In this document: positions 9,189-17,618 of the stretch, piece by piece
How positions within the stretch are numbered: the stretch's first letter is position 1
Layout: the number at the start of each line of letters is the position of its first letter
NCBI GenBank assembly: GCA_964533555.1
Contig: CAZHMA010000003.1
Coordinates: 2,777 to 35,696 of the forward strand
DNA: 32,920 nt
Direction of reading: 5' to 3'
From: an uncultured Eubacteriales bacterium
GTDB taxonomy: Bacteria > Actinomycetota > Coriobacteriia > Anaerosomatales > PALSA-660
The notes under the pieces: generated by a model
Told to the model about the DNA's origin: nothing
The model's database searches: none
What the model saw: the letters and a program-made list of their open reading frames with translations, nothing else
Position numbers and translations under genes: made by a program

Positions 9189-9467
9189 GTGTATCAGGAG
9201 AGCGAGATCGTCGACCTGCTCATGGCACTGTTCCTGACTCCCATCATGTACGCCGCGTTCCGCAACCTCCGACTGCCGGGCAAGAGATGGTTCGTGTTCG
9301 GCTATCTGGCGATGATGGCCGGCTACGTCTTCACGATCGCCGAGGGCTACTACTTCGCGGGCGCGCTGAACCTGGCAGAGCACGCCATGTACGCGCTGGC
9401 CGGCATCGGCTTCGCCGGCGGGACGTGGAACATCCTGGTCGACGCGAGGGCCCGGCGATCGCGATGA
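9189..9467 (+). CDS. Small 3-TM membrane protein (92 aa) coupled to a histidine kinase
   Basis: GTG 9189 follows GGGGAGG (8-nt spacer). Three hydrophobic helices. The stop overlaps the kinase ATG (ATGA at 9464-9467). Confidence 0.6.
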   Translation: MYQESEIVDLLMALFLTPIMYAAFRNLRLPGKRWFVFGYLAMMAGYVFTIAEGYYFAGALNLAEHAMYALAGIGFAGGTWNILVDARARRSR

Positions 9468-10924
9468 GCCCGATCGCACTGGCGGACGTCGCTTGCACCA
9501 TCGGCTTCGGCATCGCCCTGCTCTTCGTGTTCCTGATCCCGCTCGACCCGTCCCGACCCTACATGCGGCCCATCAAGGCCTTCATGGTCGTGGCCATGTC
9601 TCTGTACCTCTTCGTGGGGATCTCGAACGTGCTGGAGTGGGGAGGAGTGACCGCCGCGCTCGACGTGTACGAGGACTACGCGGAGGTCCTGTTCATCCCG
9701 ATCCTCGCGTACCTGGTCTTCTCCCTCGCGACGGCGCAGCAGTATGAAGCCCTCGCCGACAGCCAGATCATGGTGCGACGCGAGCAGGAGCTTCTGACGT
9801 CGGTCGTGGAGGCGAGCCCTGCGGGCATCATGGTGGTCGGGGCCGACGGGCAGGTGACCTTCGCAAACGACATCGCCAGAGACTCGCTCGGGCTGCGCTC
9901 CGCGGATGGCGCCGCGTACTACGGGGCGCCGGACGACGTGCGCTTCGGGCCGGAGCCCGGCAGTGTCACCAGCGTCGCAGACGGCCTGCGCGACCTGGTC
10001 TCGCTCGGAGACGTCCATGACGTCGCGCGCTACGTCGAGCATCCCGGAGGCCGCATCGTCGCGATCGATGTCGGCGTGCGGCCGCTGCGCACCGAGCCGG
10101 GCGGCGCCGGCGGGTCGGTCGTCGCGTTCGTGGACATCACCGAGCGTCTCAGATACCGCCAGGATCTCGAGCGTGCCGTCGACGCCCGGACCCGGGAACT
10201 CATCGAGGTCAACCGCGAGCTTGAGGTCGCCAATGACGCCAAGCGCGACTTCCTGGCGCGCATGAGCCACGAACTCCGCACGCCGCTGAACTCGATCCTG
10301 GGCTTCACCGGTACGCTGCTCCAGGGTTCGGCGGGGGAGGTCGCCGGCGAGCAGCGACGACAGCTCGAGATGATCCGCTCGGCCGGGTCCAGCCTGCTGA
10401 GCCTCGTGAACGACGTCGTCGACATCGCGCTCATCGAGACCGGCCGCACCACCGCCTCTTGGGCCGTCGCGGACGCGTGTGGACTCGTGACCTCGGTCGT
10501 GGAGCTGATGCACCCGATCGCCGCGGACCGCCAGATCGACATTGACACGGACTGCCCGGCCGACCAGGTCGAGCTGCTGACCGATGCGGACAAGCTCGCG
10601 CAGATCGTCCGGAATCTCATCGGCAACGCCATCAAGTTCACGGAGCCGGGCGGATGGGTGCGCGTGGTCGTGAACGAGACGGCCGATGGTGTGTCGATCG
10701 CGGTCGCTGACAGCGGACGGGGCATCGCGGACGATGAGCTGCCGAAGGTCTTCGACGCCTTCAGGCAGGGGCGCGACCGCTCGGGTGTCCGGCCGGAGGG
10801 CACCGGCCTCGGGCTCGCGATCTGCCGGGACCTGGCCGAACTTCTCGGCGGCCGCATCACGGTCGAGAGTTCGCTGGGCCAGGGCTCGACGTTCACGCTT
10901 GCGCTGCCGCGCGGGGAGGAATGA
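9464..10924 (+). CDS. Sensor histidine kinase (3-TM N-terminus, PAS, HisKA, HATPase_c)
   Basis: PAS-like LLTSVVEASPAGIMVVGADGQVTFAN, H-box FLARMSHELRTPLNSILGF, N-box RNLIGNAIKFT, G1 DSGRGI, G2 GTGLGLAIC. No response regulator gene is adjacent. Confidence 0.9.
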   Translation: MSPIALADVACTIGFGIALLFVFLIPLDPSRPYMRPIKAFMVVAMSLYLFVGISNVLEWGGVTAALDVYEDYAEVLFIPILAYLVFSLATAQQYEALADSQIMVRREQELLTSVVEASPAGIMVVGADGQVTFANDIARDSLGLRSADGAAYYGAPDDVRFGPEPGSVTSVADGLRDLVSLGDVHDVARYVEHPGGRIVAIDVGVRPLRTEPGGAGGSVVAFVDITERLRYRQDLERAVDARTRELIEVNRELEVANDAKRDFLARMSHELRTPLNSILGFTGTLLQGSAGEVAGEQRRQLEMIRSAGSSLLSLVNDVVDIALIETGRTTASWAVADACGLVTSVVELMHPIAADRQIDIDTDCPADQVELLTDADKLAQIVRNLIGNAIKFTEPGGWVRVVVNETADGVSIAVADSGRGIADDELPKVFDAFRQGRDRSGVRPEGTGLGLAICRDLAELLGGRITVESSLGQGSTFTLALPRGEE

Positions 10925-10969
10925 GTCACCCCTCCCGGCCGGCGCGTCGCCTCCCGGTTGTCGAGCGGA

Positions 10970-11908
10970 TCAGGGCATGGCCGCCCGCCCGGCCTCTCCG
11001 TGCGCCGACTCCCACATCCCCGCAGCCTGCCGCAGCGCGTGGAGCGCCGCGGCGATCGCGGGGCTCCGGCCGCTGCCTCGACGGATCACGGCGACGATCC
11101 GCCGCATGACCTCGACGTCCGCCGGCAGGTGCGTGACCACGCCCGGGTTCGGGGCGAAGAACGCCATCGGCGGAGCCAGGGCGACGCCGAGTCCGGCGGC
11201 GACCGCCGCCAGGATGACCTGGTAGTCGTTGCTCTGGAGGTCGACCTTCGGCTGGAAGCCGGCCTCGTTGGCGATCCGGACCTGGACCTCGAGGAAGGTC
11301 GAGCCGTCGCGACCCACGATCCACTGCTCGTCGCGGAGGTCGGCGATGTTGACGGGTCCGGCCGCGCGCGGATGTGTCGCCGGCAACGCGACGAACATCG
11401 GCTCCGTCATCAGCAGGTGCCGCTCGACGCCCGGGTCCTCCGGTTCAGGCAGGTGGTCGAACTCGTAGGTGAGCACGAGGTCGAGCCGACCGGTCTTGAG
11501 CGCGGGGATGCTGTCCTCGGGCTCGAGGTCGACGAGCGTGACCTCGAGGCGCGGGTTGATCTCGCGCAGTCGCGTGAGCGCGGGCACGAGCAGTGCGCGC
11601 GCCGCCGTCGGGAACGCGCACGTGTCGAGCCTGCCGGCGACGCCCTTCGCCACCTCGTCGATATCGGCCTGCGCCTCCTCGAGGACCGCGAGGACGCGCT
11701 CGGTGTGCGCGACGATCCGCTCGCCCGCGGGCGTGAGTCGCACGCTGCGGCCGGACCGCTCAAGGACGGGCGTGCCCACTTCCCGCTCGAGGACGGCCAT
11801 CTGCTGGGAGACCGCGGACGCGGTCATGAACAGGTTCTGCGCCGCCCCCGCGATGCTGCCGGCAGCATCGATCTCCCTCAGCACTCGCATGCGGTGGACG
11901 TTAAGCAT
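10970..11908 (-). CDS. LysR family transcriptional regulator
   Basis: N-terminal HTH MLNVHRMRVLREIDAAGSIAGAAQNLFMTASAVSQQMAVLEREVG followed by a LysR substrate-binding domain of typical length (312 aa). Confidence 0.9.
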   Translation of the reverse strand: MLNVHRMRVLREIDAAGSIAGAAQNLFMTASAVSQQMAVLEREVGTPVLERSGRSVRLTPAGERIVAHTERVLAVLEEAQADIDEVAKGVAGRLDTCAFPTAARALLVPALTRLREINPRLEVTLVDLEPEDSIPALKTGRLDLVLTYEFDHLPEPEDPGVERHLLMTEPMFVALPATHPRAAGPVNIADLRDEQWIVGRDGSTFLEVQVRIANEAGFQPKVDLQSNDYQVILAAVAAGLGVALAPPMAFFAPNPGVVTHLPADVEVMRRIVAVIRRGSGRSPAIAAALHALRQAAGMWESAHGEAGRAAMP

Positions 11909-11920
11909 AAGTAGAACTTA
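11908..11920. promoter_or_regulatory. LysR-type T-N11-A dyad (TAAGT-AGA-ACTTA)
   Basis: Perfect 5-bp inverted arms in T-N11-A format. It lies in the AT-rich divergent region and abuts or overlaps the lysR start codon. Confidence 0.4.
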
Positions 11921-12017
11921 CGAGATATTGAAGGAAACGACAATGCTTCTGATGGGTCGCAGGGCCGATGATTGCTTGTGTAGCCACGACGCAGTCGAAA
12001 CACCGAGGAGGTCCGAT

Positions 12018-12119
12018 ATGTTCCAGGACAGTCTGAGCGAGGGAGCCGTCTACTACGGCCGCATGCTCGCCGTCATCGGCGCCGCGATGGTGCTGGCCTA
12101 CCTCTTCTCGAACCTGTAG
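12018..12119 (+). CDS. Possible small hydrophobic peptide (33 aa)
   Basis: GAGGAGG (12005-12011) lies 6 nt before ATG 12018. Product MFQDSLSEGAVYYGRMLAVIGAAMVLAYLFSNL has one TM helix. It is divergent from lysR and followed by a hairpin at 12151-12181. Confidence 0.35.
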   Translation: MFQDSLSEGAVYYGRMLAVIGAAMVLAYLFSNL

Positions 12120-12150
12120 GACCCCGCTCCACCAGGAAGCCCTCCCTGAA

Positions 12151-12181
12151 GCCGTCGCCGGATGCACGTTCCGGCGGCGGC
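12151..12181. terminator. Hairpin GCCGTCGCCGG-N9-CCGGCGGCGGC
   Basis: 11-bp stem (one G-U) between the small ORF (+) and the convergent EF-like gene (-). Followed on the + strand by TCCTCCATTTCC. Confidence 0.4.
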
Positions 12182-12206
12182 TCCTCCATTTCCTGGCGGG
12201 CCGGTC

Positions 12207-12464
12207 CTAGTTGGCGATCACGTACACCTTGTCGCCTTCGCGTACGTGGTCGACGACCCGGATGCCGATCTCGTCGCCTTCGTGCGCTTCTTCGATGTGG
12301 CGGTGCTCCACCTCCATCGACATCACGGGCTGCGCGAGATCGCTCGTGTGACCGACGATGTGCACCGTGTCGCCTTCGTGCAGGACGCCGTGGTCCACGT
12401 GGATCCCGGCGACCATCGGACGCCCGAACCAGTGCGTCACGTGCCCGACCAGCTGCTCGGCCAT
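12207..12464 (-). CDS. Translation elongation factor-like small protein (EF-Tu domain-2-like beta barrel, 85 aa)
   Basis: MAEQLVGHVTHWFGRPMVAGIHVDHGVLHEGDTVHIVGHTSDLAQPVMSMEVEHRHIEEAHEGDEIGIRVVDHVREGDKVYVI matches my memory of this small family. GGGAGGTG lies 6 nt upstream of ATG 12464. Confidence 0.7.
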   Translation of the reverse strand: MAEQLVGHVTHWFGRPMVAGIHVDHGVLHEGDTVHIVGHTSDLAQPVMSMEVEHRHIEEAHEGDEIGIRVVDHVREGDKVYVIAN

Positions 12465-12541
12465 GACCGTCACCTCCCTATGGACAGTTCCCGACCGTGC
12501 GAAGAGCCACGCGTGGTTCTTTCCCACCTTCCGCCGACGAA

Positions 12542-12579
12542 CGACGAGCCCGCGGCCGGTGGGCGCCGCGGGCTCGTCG
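12542..12579 (-). terminator. Rubrerythrin terminator hairpin (13-14 bp perfect GC-rich stem)
   Basis: GACGAGCCCGCGG (12543-12555) pairs with CCGCGGGCTCGTC (12566-12578). It sits 12 nt downstream of the rbr stop on the minus strand, with a weak U-tract. Confidence 0.6.
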
Positions 12580-12590
12580 GACCGTGCGGG

Positions 12591-13163
12591 CTAGTAGGAC
12601 TCGACCCAGAGCTCGTAGTAGGACTGCGGATGCTTGCAGGCCGGGCACTCGAGCGGGGCGGACGTGCCCTCATGCACGTAGCCGCAGTTGCGGCACTTCC
12701 AGCGCATCGGGCGGTCCTTCGAGAACACCTGGTTGTTCACGACGTTCGCCAGCAGCTTGCGGTAGCGCGCCTCGTGCTCCTTCTCGACGTCGGCGATCTC
12801 ACGGAACGAGGTGGCGACGTCGGCGAACCCCTCCTCCTCGGCGGTCGCGGCGAACGAGGGATACAGGGTGCCCCACTCCATGTGCTCGCCGTCGGCCGAC
12901 GCGAGCAGGTTCTCGGCGGTCGTGCCGATCTTGCCGGCCGGATACGAGGCGGTGATCTCGGTGTCGCCGCCCTCCAGGTACTTGAAGAAGACCTTCGCGT
13001 GCTCCTTCTCGTTCTCCGCGGTCTCGAGGAAGAGCGCGGCGATCTGCTCGAGTCCGTCCTTCTTGGCGACTCCCGAGAAGTACCAGTAGCGGTTGCGCGC
13101 CTGGCTCTCGCCCGCGAACGCTTTCAGCAGGTTGAGTTCTGTCTTCGTGCCCTTGATGCTCAC
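12591..13163 (-). CDS. rbr: Rubrerythrin
   Basis: Ferritin-like diiron ExxH motifs (ENEKEH, VEKEH) plus a C-terminal rubredoxin-like CRNCG...CPACKHP. GTG start 13163 with GGAGG 6 nt upstream. Confidence 0.9.
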   Translation of the reverse strand: MSIKGTKTELNLLKAFAGESQARNRYWYFSGVAKKDGLEQIAALFLETAENEKEHAKVFFKYLEGGDTEITASYPAGKIGTTAENLLASADGEHMEWGTLYPSFAATAEEEGFADVATSFREIADVEKEHEARYRKLLANVVNNQVFSKDRPMRWKCRNCGYVHEGTSAPLECPACKHPQSYYELWVESY

Positions 13164-13226
13164 GGCGAACCTCCAAGCTCGGGGGTGGATGCGTCGAGAT
13201 GAGAGATACCCGTCTTGGAGTGGAGC

Positions 13227-13814
13227 CTAGCCCTGCGGCTGCGCTCGGCGCTCGTCGTAGCCGTCCAGGAGGACTTCCAGGGCGCGCGTGAACGCCTCCT
13301 CCGTGAAGTCCACACGAGGCGTGTCCTCCAGCTCCAGCGTGCCGTAGCTGGTGGCGAGCATCGCGTGGCCGAACGACATCGCGAACACGGCCTGGAAGAC
13401 GTCGGCCGCGTCCCCGTCGGAGAAGCCGCGCGCCCTGAGGAACCGGAGCGGACCGGCAATGTACATGGCGGAGGACCCCGGGCCCGTGGGCGGATGCGCG
13501 ACCATGATGGGCAAGGCGTTGGGGTGACGCACGAGCGCCCTCCTGAATCCGACGACCGCGGCCGTCACGACGTCCTGCCAGCGCTCGGGCAGCGGGCCGG
13601 CCGGCGCCTCACCTTCGAGCGCCAGGTCGATCACGCCGGCGAGGATGGCGTCCTTGTTCGGGAAGTGGTGATAGAGGCTCATCGCCTCGATGCCCAGTTC
13701 GCGTGCGAGACGGCGCATCGACAGGCCCGTCGCCCCTTCCTCGTCGAGGATCCGCAGGGCCGCGTCGAGTATGTCGGCGCGGGTAAGGGAGGCGCGTTTG
13801 GAGGTCATGAGCAT
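13227..13814 (-). CDS. TetR/AcrR family transcriptional regulator
   Basis: HTH LSMRRLARELGIEAMSLYHHFPNKDAIL. Start taken at MLMTSKRAS (13814); ATG 13808 is equally possible. Confidence 0.85.
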   Translation of the reverse strand: MLMTSKRASLTRADILDAALRILDEEGATGLSMRRLARELGIEAMSLYHHFPNKDAILAGVIDLALEGEAPAGPLPERWQDVVTAAVVGFRRALVRHPNALPIMVAHPPTGPGSSAMYIAGPLRFLRARGFSDGDAADVFQAVFAMSFGHAMLATSYGTLELEDTPRVDFTEEAFTRALEVLLDGYDERRAQPQG

Positions 13815-13829
13815 TCTTTCTTTCGGGGC

Positions 13830-13859
13830 TTGACCCTTACGGCGTACGGGTGATAGTCT
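13830..13859 (+). promoter_or_regulatory. Sigma-A-type promoter for the SRPBCC operon (TTGACC-N18-TAGTCT)
   Basis: GGGGCTTGACC at 13825-13835 and TAGTCT at 13854-13859, about 60 nt upstream of ATG 13922. It overlaps the operator palindromes. Confidence 0.5.
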
Positions 13860-13884
13860 TACGCCGTAAGCCTTACGGTGTAAG
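13836..13884. promoter_or_regulatory. Three tandem 13-bp palindromic operator sites (CTTACG-N-CGTAAG)
   Basis: CTTACGGCGTACG 13836-13848 (1 mismatch), CTTACGCCGTAAG 13858-13870 (perfect), CTTACGGTGTAAG 13872-13884 (1 mismatch). They lie in the tetR/SRPBCC divergent region. Confidence 0.6.
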
Positions 13885-13921
13885 CATAACACGGTTCCTA
13901 CGGATGCGGAAGGGTACGGTC

Positions 13922-14662
13922 ATGAAGGCAGTTCTGGACGGAGCGCTCGCGGTCCTCAGGTGGGGCGGAATCGGCATCGGCTCGCTCCTGCTCCTGCTCG
14001 TGGTGGGTTTCGTCGTCGTTCCGCCGGTCACGCGGTCGTTCACAGACCGCTGGGGCGCCACGGACGCCGAGGTCGCGGCGACGCTCCCCGGCGACGAGCT
14101 GGTGCGCGATGCGCGGCAGTCGGCGACGCGCGCGATCACGGTCCAAGCCCCTGCCGAGCTCGTGATGAGACTCATCCGTCAGCAGGGCTACAAGCGCGGC
14201 GGGTGGCACGGCTGGGACTGGTTCTACAACGCCACCGGGTCGGGAGAGTTCGTCGACGGACACTTCTCCACCCGCATCGTGCCGGAACTGCAGGACATCG
14301 CGCTCGGCGACAGGATCTTCATCAACACCGCCGTCTCCTACGCCGTCGAGCAGGACACCATGCCCACCGCGACGGAACCCGGCGTCTTCCTGCTCTATGG
14401 CGGCGGCGCCGGTGGGAAGGACCTGCGGGCCGTCGACGCGGACAAGGCGACCGATGCTTCGACGAGCTGGGTCTGGCACGTGACGCCCCTCGGGCCCGAC
14501 AAGACTCGCGTCGTCCTGCGGATCCGGGGCGACATGCGCGGGCAGGGAGCGTTCGTGGCGTGGCTCTTCGACAACCCGCTCGACTTCGGCGGGGCGCTCT
14601 TCGCCAACAAGACACTGCACGGGATCAAGGCGACCGCCGAAGCGCTCGCGGCGTCGGAATAG
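13922..14662 (+). CDS. Membrane-anchored SRPBCC (START/polyketide-cyclase-like) family protein
   Basis: N-terminal TM, then ATRAITVQAPAELVMRLIRQQGYKRGGWHGWDWFYN, which is typical of SRPBCC proteins. GGAAGGG lies 7 nt before ATG 13922. Confidence 0.65.
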   Translation: MKAVLDGALAVLRWGGIGIGSLLLLLVVGFVVVPPVTRSFTDRWGATDAEVAATLPGDELVRDARQSATRAITVQAPAELVMRLIRQQGYKRGGWHGWDWFYNATGSGEFVDGHFSTRIVPELQDIALGDRIFINTAVSYAVEQDTMPTATEPGVFLLYGGGAGGKDLRAVDADKATDASTSWVWHVTPLGPDKTRVVLRIRGDMRGQGAFVAWLFDNPLDFGGALFANKTLHGIKATAEALAASE

Positions 14663-14670
14663 GAGACGAG

Positions 14671-15393
14671 ATGTTTCGCATGCAGGCGTGGCAGTGGGTG
14701 GTCGTGGCTCTCGTGGCGGCAACGTGCGTGGGTTGGATGTCGGTGACGGTGGGCCGGATGTTCGGGCGCCGCGCCTCGGGGCCCGCGACGCTTCGTGAGG
14801 CGACCGCGTTCGAATCGGCCCGGGTGGGTGCGCAGGCCCCGGCCGCGGCGCGGGCGTTCGACGGGTTCTCGTACAGGGTGCCCGGTCGCCTGGCGGGCCG
14901 GATGCGCGTCATGGTCTCGGACGGACGGGTCTCCGTGGCGGGCCCCCGGGTGCCTTCCGGCCTCTACCAGGCGTGGATATGGGTGCAGGCGCTCCTGCTT
15001 GCGCTGGTCCCGGCGGCGTTCACCGCGGCCGCGGTGAAGCTGGAGTGGCGGTGGGCGGCGGTGGCCGTCGCGATCTTCGTCGCGGGGCAGCTCTTCTCGG
15101 CCGCCGGAGCGGGCATCTGGCCGGGCCTGGGCGAGATGGACTTCATCGACGCCGGGCGCTTCAAGGCCGTGGAGTTCGGCGTCTCTGAGGTGCATGACGT
15201 GAAGATCGGAGAAGGCTGGGCCGACGGCGGGATCGACGCGGTCCTCCTGCCGGTGAAGGGCGGGATCGACGCGATGTCGAAGGGCAGGGCCGTGTCCTTC
15301 TTCGCCCCGGACGACGAGGGCCGCGATGTGCGCTATGCCTTCCACATGCCCAGCGACGCGGACGCGGAGGCCCTGGCCGGACTCCTGCGCTGA
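14671..15393 (+). CDS. Hypothetical membrane protein (240 aa, about 3 TM)
   Basis: AGGAGA (14661-14666) before ATG 14671, 8 nt after the upstream stop. GC3-rich. No recognised motif. Confidence 0.6.
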   Translation: MFRMQAWQWVVVALVAATCVGWMSVTVGRMFGRRASGPATLREATAFESARVGAQAPAAARAFDGFSYRVPGRLAGRMRVMVSDGRVSVAGPRVPSGLYQAWIWVQALLLALVPAAFTAAAVKLEWRWAAVAVAIFVAGQLFSAAGAGIWPGLGEMDFIDAGRFKAVEFGVSEVHDVKIGEGWADGGIDAVLLPVKGGIDAMSKGRAVSFFAPDDEGRDVRYAFHMPSDADAEALAGLLR

Positions 15394-15409
15394 CCCGCCG
15401 CCTCGCGGG

Positions 15410-16552
15410 TCAGGCGTCGGGTGTCGCGTTCGCGGGCAGGGGTAGCGGCCGCATACCGAACAGGAAGCGGACCGGCCCCGCGCGCCTTATGCCCTCGTAG
15501 AGCGCGAACGTCGCGGCCACGGCCCCCGCGAGCAGCAGAAGCCACTGCACGAACCACGTCAGCGGCAGCGTGACTATGACCGCGGCGAGGATAACGATGA
15601 CCGTCTGGTGGAGGATGTACACCGGATAGGAGGCCTCGGCGAGATACCCCAGCACCGGCGAGGGCCGATCCAGATAGCGCTTCCCAAGCCCGATCAGTCC
15701 CATGACCACCAGCCACGACCCGAGGAACCCGACGTACGCGGCGAGGGCGAGCTGGATGGACGGGTCGGGCTGGGTGTCCCTCCAGAACCCGGTCGCGACC
15801 CACAGCGCGCAGATCGCGGCGCCCGCGGCGAGCGCCCAAGCACTGTGACGCTCGGCCGTCTCCGCGACCTTCGGGTCATGGATCATCACGTAGCCCAGCA
15901 GGAAGAACGCGAGGTAATAGAAGGGGTTCTTGCCGACCGGGTCCGGCAGGGCGTCCGCGAGCAGGATGACCAAGGGCGGCAGAAGCCACCATGCCGGTCT
16001 GGCCAGCCGTCCGGCCCAGCGCGTGGCCCACGCCCGCCCCGCCTCGCGCCGCATGAGCATGACGAGCGGGAGGGCCAGCAGCGAGACGAAGAGCAGCCAG
16101 AGGATGAACCACAGGTGGCCGATCCCGAACCCGCCGTAGTAGTCGCCGCCGTTCTGGATGTTGAACACGAGCCACTGACCGCTGGCGATGTAGGTCCACA
16201 ACGACCCGGTGTAGCCGCTGTTGAATCGTCCGCCCAGCCACGTCTGGGGGGGGATCAGGACGAGCCAGCCGAACAGGAACGGCACGAGCAGGCGCTTGAC
16301 GCGCTCGCCAAGATACTGGCCCGCGGAGCGCTTGCGGAAGGCGAAGTACGTGGACGCGCCCGCGAGCAGGAACAGCAGCGGCATGTGCCACCGGTCGATG
16401 AACGCGATGGCGTATCCCAGTGCCATGGAGGTCGTGGCACCCTTGATGTAGAACGGGTCGCCGAAGTTGAACACGCGCCCCGTATGGAATGGGAACAGCA
16501 GGAGTACGGCCAGGACTCGAAGCCAGTCCACCCAGTACACACGATCCCTCAT
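15410..16552 (-). CDS. Acyltransferase family 3 membrane protein
   Basis: MRDRVYWVDWLRVLAVLLLFPFH...MPLLFLLAGAS with about 10 TM helices, as in PF01757-type acyltransferases. GGGGAGGGG lies upstream of ATG 16552. Confidence 0.8.
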   Translation of the reverse strand: MRDRVYWVDWLRVLAVLLLFPFHTGRVFNFGDPFYIKGATTSMALGYAIAFIDRWHMPLLFLLAGASTYFAFRKRSAGQYLGERVKRLLVPFLFGWLVLIPPQTWLGGRFNSGYTGSLWTYIASGQWLVFNIQNGGDYYGGFGIGHLWFILWLLFVSLLALPLVMLMRREAGRAWATRWAGRLARPAWWLLPPLVILLADALPDPVGKNPFYYLAFFLLGYVMIHDPKVAETAERHSAWALAAGAAICALWVATGFWRDTQPDPSIQLALAAYVGFLGSWLVVMGLIGLGKRYLDRPSPVLGYLAEASYPVYILHQTVIVILAAVIVTLPLTWFVQWLLLLAGAVAATFALYEGIRRAGPVRFLFGMRPLPLPANATPDA

Positions 16553-16665
16553 GGCGCCCCTCCCCGGATCGCCTCGCATACGGCACGAGGGTACGACTTC
16601 GTCGGCCGTTTTGGGATATGTGGCGACAGGGATTCGTGGGTAGAGTCACCAGCGGAGGTGAGGAC

Positions 16666-17547
16666 ATGTCGGAAGGGCCGGTCCTGGGATCCCTCGACGA
16701 TCGAGTGGACATCGCGCCGGGTGTCTCGATCGCCCGGCTCGGTCTGGGCACGTACAAGTCCGACGACGGCCCCGACGTCGAGGGCGAGGTGTCCTACGGC
16801 CTCGAGCTGGGCTACCGCCACGTCGACACCGCCGCGATGTACGGCAACGAGCGCGGGGTCGGGCGGGCGCTGCGCGCCAGTGGGCTCGCACGGGAGCAGT
16901 ACACGGTCGCGACGAAGGTGTGGAACTCGGACCAGGGCTACGACAGCACGCTGAAAGCCTTCGAGGCCAGTCTGGCGCGACTGGGTCTGGACCCCGTCGA
17001 CCTGTACCTGATCCCCTGGCCGATCCCGGGCCTCGGCCGCGACACGTGGCGGGCCATGGAACGACTTCACGCCGAAGGCCGGGCCCGCGCCATCGGGGTG
17101 TGCAACTTCCTCGTGCACCACTTGGAGGAACTGCTGACCTTCGCCGAGGTGCCGCCCGCGTTGGACCAGGTCGAGCACCATGTGCGGCTGCAACAGCCCG
17201 AGCTGCGCGACTGGTGCGCGGACCACGGGGTCACGCTGCAGGCGTGGGCTCCGATCATGCGGGGCAGGGTCGCAGGCATCCCCGAGGTGGTGCGGATCGG
17301 CGAGCTTCACCGCAAGTCGGCGGCCCAGGTCGCCATCCGGTGGATCCTCCAGCATGGCGTGACCACGATCCCCAAGTCGGTCCACCGCGAGCGCGTGGCG
17401 GAGAACGCCGACGTCTTCGACTTCGAGCTGTCGCCGGACGAGATGGCGATCCTGGACGGGCTCGACCGGGGTGAGCGCATCGGGAGCCACCCCGACCAGT
17501 TCGCGCTCTTCGGCGGGATCACGAGACTCTTCCACCCGCCGGCGTAG
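16666..17547 (+). CDS. Aldo/keto reductase (2,5-diketo-D-gluconate reductase-like)
   Basis: Motifs: LGLGTYK, GYRHVDTAAMYGNE, VATKVWN, IPKSVHRERVAEN. GGAGGTGAGG lies before ATG 16666. Confidence 0.9.
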   Translation: MSEGPVLGSLDDRVDIAPGVSIARLGLGTYKSDDGPDVEGEVSYGLELGYRHVDTAAMYGNERGVGRALRASGLAREQYTVATKVWNSDQGYDSTLKAFEASLARLGLDPVDLYLIPWPIPGLGRDTWRAMERLHAEGRARAIGVCNFLVHHLEELLTFAEVPPALDQVEHHVRLQQPELRDWCADHGVTLQAWAPIMRGRVAGIPEVVRIGELHRKSAAQVAIRWILQHGVTTIPKSVHRERVAENADVFDFELSPDEMAILDGLDRGERIGSHPDQFALFGGITRLFHPPA

Positions 17548-17573
17548 GACCGCCGCCGGCGACCGGATCAGCG

Positions 17574-17602
17574 GGACGGGACGCTGACGCGGGCGTCCGT
17601 CC
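17574..17602 (+). terminator. Hairpin after the AKR gene (10-bp stem with one bulged G)
   Basis: GGACGG(G)ACGC 17574-17584 pairs with GCGTCCGTCC 17593-17602. It sits 27 nt after the TAG at 17545-17547 and 17 nt before the next ATG. Confidence 0.35.
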
Positions 17603-17618
17603 TGTAGGATGTCGGCCC

